Source: an uncultured Candidatus Saccharibacteria bacterium
GTDB lineage: Bacteria; Patescibacteriota; Minisyncoccia; UBA6257; 2-01-FULL-56-20
Reading direction: 5' to 3'
Assembly: GCA_964555255.1 (NCBI GenBank)
Contig: CAZKRG010000002.1
Coordinates: 6,866 to 56,675 of the forward strand
DNA: 49,810 bases
Positions within the stretch are counted from its first letter, which is position 1, and every line of letters begins with the position of its first letter. The position numbers were made by a program, and so were the translations under genes. This document shows, in pieces, positions 43,727-49,810 of the stretch. The notes under the pieces are model-generated. The model ran no database searches, was not told the origin of the DNA, and saw nothing but the letters and a program-made list of their open reading frames with translations.

Positions 43727-44394
43727 TTGATTCCAAGCGTGAACAACTTTTGAACGGCTTCGAGTGGACGTAAGGGGTTGTTTACCCTAAGTTCTACGTT
43801 CACCGAGGATCCCGAGGGACCTTGGATGACGGCGTTTAATATGTCCGGAGTTCCTCCGGCGCCGCTTGCGGTTTCTCCATTCACTGTCCAGGTAAATAGC
43901 AGGTTTTCTATGAAATCCGTATTGAAGAAGTACGGCAGACCACGGAGGGTGGTTGAGGAGTTGCTTACTACGTTAGGGCCTTGAATTATCACCTCGGGAT
44001 ATATTACAGGAATCGTTACTTGCTTGATGAGGCCTCCTCCTTGATAGGTGGGGATTTCGACGCGGAGCGCGATTGGATTAAACGCATAGTCGGGGGCGCG
44101 AAGGGACATTATTTGTTTGTTGGTGGCCGAGAGCACCTGGTGATTGTCGGTGTACCAGTAGATGGTTTGCTTGGAGAGGTCGACTGATTGGCCTTGGTCG
44201 AGGACTTCTAATGAGGCATCAATGAGAGAGTTCGCAGTGGGGAGAGCTTTTCCTTGATAGCCATTCGGGACGAATGTGCGGGTTCTCCAGGTTATGAAGA
44301 CTTCCGGGGTGGAAGCGGCAAAAACTTGGGGGAGATGTATTCCTCCCCAGAGCGCAGTGAGGGTTAGCACGAGTAGGAATACTTTTCTTCTCAT
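43723..44394 (-). CDS. secreted protein (hypothetical)
   Basis: Signal peptide MRRKVFLLVLTLTALWGGIHLPQVFA-AS. The mature part looks beta-rich. ATGA overlap with the downstream gene. Confidence 0.55.
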   Translation of the reverse strand: MRRKVFLLVLTLTALWGGIHLPQVFAASTPEVFITWRTRTFVPNGYQGKALPTANSLIDASLEVLDQGQSVDLSKQTIYWYTDNHQVLSATNKQIMSLRAPDYAFNPIALRVEIPTYQGGGLIKQVTIPVIYPEVIIQGPNVVSNSSTTLRGLPYFFNTDFIENLLFTWTVNGETASGAGGTPDILNAVIQGPSGSSVNVELRVNNPLRPLEAVQKLFTLGIK

Positions 44395-44410
44395 AGGTAT
44401 ATTATATCTC

Positions 44411-45145
44411 CTACAAAGATTCTCGCTTTCGGATGTCTTCCACAGGGGGACGGCGGGATGAGTCTTCTTCTTTTTCCTCCTTTTCTTCGGGTTCAGGAAG
44501 GTTTTGCATAGTGTCTTGGAGTTGTTCTAGGGGATTTTTTTCCACCCCGAACGCTTCTTCTGAAATTTGAGAACCGGCTTCCTCGGCGGAATCCGCAGCA
44601 GTTGCCGCGGATTTCCCAACGCTTCCCGTTGCGCCCGCGCCTTCCGCCGCAGCACCGCCTACTGCTCCGGCACCTTCCGCCGCTGCAGTCGCTCCTGCGG
44701 CTTCACCTCCTGCCACTGCTCCCGCCGTGGCTCCGCCTACTCCCGCTGCCGCTCCTCCCCCGGCGGCTGCTGCAGCCGCTCCTGCACCACCCGTGGCAAC
44801 GCCCACTGCCACGATTGTAGCTACTTTCGCCACTTTAGGGTTATTGGTAACGAACACTCCTATGAGAAATGCAATAGTTCTCCCAGGAATACCAAAAAGT
44901 TCAAGAACTGCGTCAGTAATCTGGAGGAACGTTGTTCCTCCGAACTTTCCAAGTTTCAACCTGAACCAAAATATCATTATCCATCCTACTAAGAAATGCA
45001 GACTTTCCACTCCCCCGGTTACCACTAGTCCAATTACTGGAATTCCAAACGCTATGATCGCCACGATATCTGCGACATCGTCTAGTCCCGCTATCATCGT
45101 GCCGAGTACTATTTCGGTGATACTGAATTTTTTATTTTCTTCCAT
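44411..45145 (-). CDS. polytopic membrane protein with Ala/Gly-rich tract and acidic tail (hypothetical)
   Basis: An N-terminal region of about 110 aa with 3-4 hydrophobic helices, then about 70 aa of A/G repeats, then an acidic C-terminus (PEPEEKEEKEED). Confidence 0.55.
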   Translation of the reverse strand: MEENKKFSITEIVLGTMIAGLDDVADIVAIIAFGIPVIGLVVTGGVESLHFLVGWIMIFWFRLKLGKFGGTTFLQITDAVLELFGIPGRTIAFLIGVFVTNNPKVAKVATIVAVGVATGGAGAAAAAAGGGAAAGVGGATAGAVAGGEAAGATAAAEGAGAVGGAAAEGAGATGSVGKSAATAADSAEEAGSQISEEAFGVEKNPLEQLQDTMQNLPEPEEKEEKEEDSSRRPPVEDIRKRESL

Positions 45146-45284
45146 AGTGGCGGATAATTATGAAGCAGGTTCAGTTTTTACGATGTCCCGAAGCCCAGAA
45201 ATTCCGCAATATTTTGGACATCACAAGACGCAGACATTGCTTTTGGATTCCTCTCCGCCTACTGGCAGATTGGAATGACATAAC

Positions 45285-47000
45285 CTAAACACCACTCCCC
45301 TCTTTCTTTTCGTTCAAAAGAGTTTCGGGGTTGGTGGTGACAAGTTGATCTTCGAAGTATGAAGACACGATTCGGATTGCGACATGTTTCTTTCCTGCAA
45401 AAAAGAGGCCGCAGCCCACTTCCGCGCCGAGGAGGAGTCCTTTCTCGGCTTCGGTGAGGTCGAAGGCCTTGGCTATCACATCAATTGTGGCGGGAGCTTG
45501 TTTCAAAAGGAGTTGGAGCGAGGAGTTGGTGATGATCGGCCGGCCGTAGGGAGAGCGAAGAAAATCTTCCACGTCTTGCGTAATGGTGGAAACCCCAAGG
45601 TAGTATTTCCGCGCGCGTTTCACGAGACCGAAGAGGAAAGTGGCGGAATCCTCGTTTTTCATCATAATCCATGCCTCGTCAATAATAAGAATCCGGCGTT
45701 TGAGTTTTGCCCGGATAAGATTCCAGATGAAATTTAGAATGACGAACATGGCGATCGGGCGGAGTTCTTCTTCGAGGTCGCGGATGGAGAAAACAATCAG
45801 ACGATTCCCGATGTCGATGTTCGTGTGCTGGTCTACAAAACCTGCAAAGGAACCCTTTGTATATTTATACAGACGCTCGGCCATTGCCCGGCCGCCTTCG
45901 AGATTGCGGAGCACGGTCTCGAGATCTTCCAAAAGAGGAGGTTCTTTTCCGGTGAATTCCTCTCCCGCCACGATTTCGCGCGAGGCGTACGTTTCCGTAA
46001 TCGCTCGATCGAGAAGCGAGTCTTCTTCGGGAGCAAGTTTTCCCAGCATAAGTTTCACGAGACTCGCGCAGTTCACGATGTGCGAACGGAGGATGTCTGA
46101 TGCCGATTCCCCTTCAGGGATGATGGGGATGTCGAACGGGTTTACGTGTTCTTTTGAGGAGAGGGAGATGTTGAAGAAACTGCCTCCCAGTGCCCGCGCC
46201 ATGCGTTCATATTCGTTTTCTGGGTCAATCACAATCACCTCGCTTCCTACCATGAGCGAGCGGATAATTTCAAGTTTGGTGGCATACGACTTGCCGGAAC
46301 CGGATTTCGCAAAGATTACTTGGTTCGCGTTTTCGAGCGAGAAGCGATCAAAAATGACCAAGTTATTGTTGTGGAGATTGATGCCATACATGATTCCCTC
46401 GTTCGAAGTGAGGTCTTCGGAAACGAATGGGAAGAATGAGGAGATAGGACTTGAATTCATCGGGGTGTGGATATCAATCTTGTCGTCGCCAAAAGGAAAG
46501 ATGGAAAGCAGTCCCTCAAGTTGCTCAAAGAGCGCCGGTTTGATATATACCAATTTCGCTTCCATAAGCGAGATGATTTCACTTTCGAGTTTGGTGAGTT
46601 CCTCTTTGGTATCCGCATAGATGGCAATGTAAACTGCGGTGTTAAAAAGTTTTTCCTGGGATTGTTGCAGCGTATCTCGCAGATCCTCCACATCTTTGAA
46701 GGCAGTTTCGAGGATGGGATCACGTACGAGTCCCTTTTCTTCAGCGTCGGAGATTTGCGATTCCAGTTGCGCCGCTTTTTTCCGGAGATTTTTCAAGGCT
46801 TCGCCGGTATCTACGGGAGTGATGAAGATGGAGACATCGAGGAGATTTGGGAGGTTTACAAGCGGTTCGAACCAACCCGTGGCAAGATAGCGGGGGTAGG
46901 AAAGGACAAAAAATGTTTTCGCGAGTTTGTCTCCCATTTTTACATAATTGGGGGTTACCTCTACTCCAGCAGGAGCAATTATTTTAGCGATGTCGTCCAT
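45285..47000 (-). CDS. virB4: VirB4/TrbE/PrgJ-family type IV secretion ATPase (C-terminal two-thirds)
   Basis: 571 aa with Walker A FAKSGSGKSYATK and Walker B RRILIIDEAWIMM. The N-terminal IIAPAGVEVTPNYVKMGDKLAKTFFVLSYPRYLATGWFEPL matches the mid-region of Gram-positive-type VirB4 proteins. Confidence 0.85.
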   Translation of the reverse strand: MDDIAKIIAPAGVEVTPNYVKMGDKLAKTFFVLSYPRYLATGWFEPLVNLPNLLDVSIFITPVDTGEALKNLRKKAAQLESQISDAEEKGLVRDPILETAFKDVEDLRDTLQQSQEKLFNTAVYIAIYADTKEELTKLESEIISLMEAKLVYIKPALFEQLEGLLSIFPFGDDKIDIHTPMNSSPISSFFPFVSEDLTSNEGIMYGINLHNNNLVIFDRFSLENANQVIFAKSGSGKSYATKLEIIRSLMVGSEVIVIDPENEYERMARALGGSFFNISLSSKEHVNPFDIPIIPEGESASDILRSHIVNCASLVKLMLGKLAPEEDSLLDRAITETYASREIVAGEEFTGKEPPLLEDLETVLRNLEGGRAMAERLYKYTKGSFAGFVDQHTNIDIGNRLIVFSIRDLEEELRPIAMFVILNFIWNLIRAKLKRRILIIDEAWIMMKNEDSATFLFGLVKRARKYYLGVSTITQDVEDFLRSPYGRPIITNSSLQLLLKQAPATIDVIAKAFDLTEAEKGLLLGAEVGCGLFFAGKKHVAIRIVSSYFEDQLVTTNPETLLNEKKEGSGV

Positions 47001-47003
47001 GGT

Positions 47004-47031
47004 AGTGAAAAGTGATTAGTGATTAGTGAGA
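47004..47031. repeat. four tandem heptamers in the spacer between the two VirB4 parts
   Basis: AGTGAAA AGTGATT AGTGATT AGTGAGA. Confidence 0.85.
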
Positions 47032-47045
47032 AGCAGAGCGTTACT

Positions 47046-47735
47046 TTATGGTTTTTGGATTTCTGGTTTTTCTTCAGGGAGGGTTAAATCCTTGCGCTCA
47101 ACGGATTCTGGGTTATAGAAGTTGTAGAGTATTTCGGCAAGCGCTTGATTGTCGAGCTGCGCGGCTTCGAGTTCAATTGTGGCGAGGCCTTCAATTATTT
47201 GGTTGGTACGCTGTGAGAGTTGTTCCAAATGTCCCGCAAAGTCACTTTCCTTTTTTTCTTTTTCGGCGGCTTCAGCGGCCGCATTAGTGTTTGGCTTAAG
47301 GAACGGAATGAAGCGCAACATGCTTTTTTTCGAGGGAAGAGAAAGTCCGCCTATCCAAGGCACCACCACGAGGAACGTTTTCTCCATAATCGCATTCTTT
47401 TCGACGAACCCGCGGATGAAGGCGCGGTATTCGGCATTTTGGTTCCGGAGGAGGGGTGAAGGCTCGTTGCGCTCGAACGACTCCAGTTTTGCAAGATATT
47501 TCGAGATGTTGATTCTCCTTGAATGGATGATGATCTGGAGCGCGAAGTCGATGGTGTTTAAAAAGTTTTGGTAGCCGGCGGTAATGATATTTTGCTCCGT
47601 TTCTGAACGGAGGGCGAAGTTTAGGCCGTTCACCATAAGAATCGCGCGCAAGCTTCCGTCTCTAAGGACGAGGACATTATCGCGAATCTCGCGTACCATG
47701 ACGAGATCTTGGGCGTTGGCGAAGTCTTTTGCCAT
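47046..47735 (-). CDS. VirB4 N-terminal-domain-like protein (separate ORF)
   Basis: 229 aa. AQDLVMVREIRDNVLVLRDGSLRAILMVNGLNFALRSETEQNIITAGYQNFLNTIDFALQIIIHSRRINISKYL resembles the N-terminal domain normally fused to VirB4/PrgJ ATPases. Confidence 0.6.
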   Translation of the reverse strand: MAKDFANAQDLVMVREIRDNVLVLRDGSLRAILMVNGLNFALRSETEQNIITAGYQNFLNTIDFALQIIIHSRRINISKYLAKLESFERNEPSPLLRNQNAEYRAFIRGFVEKNAIMEKTFLVVVPWIGGLSLPSKKSMLRFIPFLKPNTNAAAEAAEKEKKESDFAGHLEQLSQRTNQIIEGLATIELEAAQLDNQALAEILYNFYNPESVERKDLTLPEEKPEIQKP

Positions 47736-47740
47736 AGGTG

Positions 47741-48163
47741 TTAGGTGTTAGATTGCAGATTAGATGCGGACTTCGGTTTTCTTATTGTACCTTTTTCTTG
47801 CGTTAATTTCTCGCCGAGTTTTCTCAGTAATATATTGAGCATCTTTTGCACTTCTTCGAGGAGTGGTTCTGTTCTGCTAAAATCAGCCGATTTATACGAT
47901 CTATACATGCGTTTTGAAATGATGAGTTGTGTTTCAAACTCTGCGGAAGAAGCGTCGGCGAAACGTGAGAATTGGAGATATTCGGGGAGATCTTTTCTAC
48001 GGGATTCCTCCGCTATATTCGATGGTATCGATGCTGCAGCTCGGCGCGTTTGTATGGACAGCCCATGCGTATCTTCTTTTGAAAACTGACTGGTAAGGTT
48101 ATAAATTTCTTCTACGAGGTCGATGGATTTTTTCCATGCGGTGAGTTTTTTGTAAGATTGCAT
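47741..48163 (-). CDS. four-helix-bundle protein (23S rRNA intervening-sequence protein / Avd-like family)
   Basis: YKKLTAWKKSIDLVEEIYNLTSQFSKEDTHGLSIQTRRAAASIPSNIAEESRRK...FSRFADASSAEFETQLIIS matches the family signature. Confidence 0.85.
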   Translation of the reverse strand: MQSYKKLTAWKKSIDLVEEIYNLTSQFSKEDTHGLSIQTRRAAASIPSNIAEESRRKDLPEYLQFSRFADASSAEFETQLIISKRMYRSYKSADFSRTEPLLEEVQKMLNILLRKLGEKLTQEKGTIRKPKSASNLQSNT

Positions 48164-48190
48164 TTTAAGTCAAAACCTATAATCTAACAT

Positions 48191-48694
48191 CTATCTATAA
48201 TCTACTCTTCGGGCCGCGTGGAGCTCTCCCGAGGACTTGCGGAAAAGGGAGAAACTTTCGGCGTTATGGAGAAACATTCTTGGGGAAATTTTTCGGAAGC
48301 TGCCGGTTTGGAGTTTTTGCCAAGTTCTCTGAAGTGCGATACCCGCGAGTATCTTTTCGAGAGAAGTGTCGCCCATTTCCGTTTTCATTCCTTGTTCCTT
48401 GTTTTCTGCTTCTTGTTGTTCCGGTTTCCAGATGTAGGTTTGCGGTTTCCAAAAATAGAAGAAGGCAGCGCGCGTGATCGCCGAGAGCGGGCGGCCGCCC
48501 ACGCGGACAACGGCAAATCCAATCCCTGCTGCAAGAACGGGCAGGGAGAGGAGAATCCATATCCAAAACTGCATGACGAAATAGAGCATGAGGGAAATTC
48601 CTCCCGCGATGCCTATATAGATAAATTGCTTGAGACTCAACGGGCCTACGATCTTATCTTCGGTTTCAATGAATTGGGGGACCTGAAATTGCAT
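48191..48694 (-). CDS. PrgI-family (VirB3-like) membrane protein
   Basis: MQFQVPQFIETEDKIVGPLSLKQFIYIGIAGGISLMLYF followed by a second TM segment, the typical PrgI-family N-terminus. Confidence 0.75.
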   Translation of the reverse strand: MQFQVPQFIETEDKIVGPLSLKQFIYIGIAGGISLMLYFVMQFWIWILLSLPVLAAGIGFAVVRVGGRPLSAITRAAFFYFWKPQTYIWKPEQQEAENKEQGMKTEMGDTSLEKILAGIALQRTWQKLQTGSFRKISPRMFLHNAESFSLFRKSSGELHAARRVDYR

Positions 48695-48716
48695 GTGCCA
48701 GGGAGTAGAAACTCGA

Positions 48717-48986
48717 CTATTTTCTTTTTTGGTAAAAATATTCTTTTAACATTCGTTTTAACAGTCTAGCGCCTTGGCTGGTTTTCAGCCACTTCTCGCG
48801 ACGTTGGGAGTCTTTTTTGTTTCGGTAAGCTTCATAGTGTATCAGTTGCCAAGGCCGGTGACTTTTTGTAGAGGTTGTCCAGCCACGATTATGTTCTACA
48901 AATCGGCGTTTCAAATCATCACTATTCCCTACGTAAGGATCCCCCACTTTTCACTTTCTAATATATATATAGACGTAGTGGAACAT
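48717..48986 (-). pseudogene. GIY-YIG nuclease family gene with one in-frame TGA (48951-48953)
   Basis: ATG at 48986 gives MFHYVYIYIRK-TGA-KVGDPYVGNSDDLKRRFVEHNRGWTTSTKSHRPWQLIHYEAY...REKWLK. The GIY (YVYI) and YIG (YVG) halves lie on opposite sides of the stop. Confidence 0.7.
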
Positions 48987-49002
48987 AATCGCAGTCGAGT
49001 TT

Positions 49003-49810
49003 TTACTCTCTGGTAGATTTCGGTGGAGGTGGCTTCGGCGGTTCGTCCATATTGAGCGATGGGGCGATATCTACTTTGCTCCCTTGCGGAGGAGGCGGAA
49101 TATCCACGAATGTGGGAGGAGGAGGCAAGTCTACAGATGAGCCGCTTGTGGGCGGGAGGGGAATGTCAACGTCTTGCGGTTTCTTTTTCCCAAAGAGCCG
49201 TGCAAAAAATCCCAGCCTAGAGGTTCTAGGCGGTGGCGGTGGCGGTGGCGGCAAAACTTCATCTGTGCTTGTTGCTTCTGGGGGGGTCGGTGGTTCATCG
49301 GCTGGTGGAGTCAGAAGTTCTCCGGTGGGTGGGGTGGGAGGTTGGTCGATATCGGGAGAAAAGATATCTGCTTCGAATGAGTCGAGCGGGCTTTTAAGAT
49401 CACCGTAGTGAACCACTCGTGATTGTTTTTTCTTTGCCTCTTGCCTCTCATCTCTTGTCTCTTCCGCGGTATTCCCTATTTCTATATTTGCCTGCGGAAT
49501 CGGTTGCATCTCTGGAGCCGAGGGGCCATATTCTTCTGGTTTCGTGTCGAGTTTGAAATTTTCTATCTGCGGGAGCGAGGGTGCGGCGGGTTCCTCGTGG
49601 ATGATGAAGGGAGAGCTTTGAGGAGGAAAGGGAGAGGAAACCTCCGGTTCACTTTTTTCTCCTAATTTATCCAAACCTTCGAGGGTAATGGGTTTTGTCT
49701 CACTCGCCTCGCTGGAGCTTTGGCGAAGTGAACTGGAGCCTTCGATGAAGGCGGGGGTTTCTTTAAAGAAGGAATTCTCGCCGCTCTCAGGGCGGAGTTT
49801 TTCGAGGGTG
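49003..49810 (-). CDS. proline-rich protein, 5' end outside the window
   Basis: The frame is open from the window edge; the TTG at 49674 is only the first start-like codon. Repeated PPTPP and PPPP(PPPP) blocks; first visible gene of the T4SS-like operon. Confidence 0.6.
   Translation of the reverse strand, partial: TLEKLRPESGENSFFKETPAFIEGSSSLRQSSSEASETKPITLEGLDKLGEKSEPEVSSPFPPQSSPFIIHEEPAAPSLPQIENFKLDTKPEEYGPSAPEMQPIPQANIEIGNTAEETRDERQEAKKKQSRVVHYGDLKSPLDSFEADIFSPDIDQPPTPPTGELLTPPADEPPTPPEATSTDEVLPPPPPPPPRTSRLGFFARLFGKKKPQDVDIPLPPTSGSSVDLPPPPTFVDIPPPPQGSKVDIAPSLNMDEPPKPPPPKSTRE

Noticed and set aside
45640-46620. 326-aa plus-strand ORF
   Set aside because: It is entirely antisense to the well-supported VirB4 ATPase gene. 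The translation is Ser/Arg-rich low complexity with no motif, as expected for a shadow ORF.
47741-48163. Diversity-generating retroelement around the Avd-like gene
   Set aside because: No reverse transcriptase ORF and no template/variable repeat pair are visible in the window.
1-49810. CRISPR arrays, rRNA genes, transposases or integrases
   Set aside because: No regularly spaced direct repeats, no rRNA-like conserved stretches and no recombinase or transposase-like ORFs were seen on either strand.

Overview
Densely coding bacterial chromosomal segment with about 54 protein-coding genes and one tRNA, mostly on the minus strand. It contains the replication-origin gene block (dnaN<-dnaA divergent from rpmH->rnpA->yidC->jag) and translation genes (infC-rpmI-rplT, rpsT). 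It also holds a scattered recombination/repair set (ruvA, ruvB, yebC-ruvC, polA, PolX, family-4 UDG, holA-like), envelope genes (class A PBP, MurE-like ligase), pyrG, tsaE, an orphan PilB/GspE ATPase and many small lineage-specific ORFs. The short YidC, the TrmB-type regulator, the stand-alone four-helix-bundle and GIY-YIG genes and the overall gene set resemble small-genome Patescibacteria/CPR-type bacteria; this is inference only. Four things stand out. (1) A minus-strand VirB4/PrgI(VirB3)-centred type IV secretion-like operon runs from 41.4 kb to the window end, with a split VirB4, a pilin-like fusion protein and no relaxase or coupling protein in view. (2) A 1.07-kb gene-free, hairpin-dense locus (13.8-14.9 kb) carries two outward-facing near-consensus sigma70 promoters separated by an AT-rich TGTCA-repeat spacer, giving two candidate unclassified structured RNAs. 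(3) Several exact long palindromes, inverted repeats and direct repeats tightly bracket single genes. (4) Two otherwise intact genes are each interrupted by one in-frame stop codon (TAG in an EamA transporter, TGA in a GIY-YIG nuclease). No rRNA, CRISPR array, transposase or integrase was recognised. All calls rest on reading the ORF translations and the DNA by eye; no searches were run.
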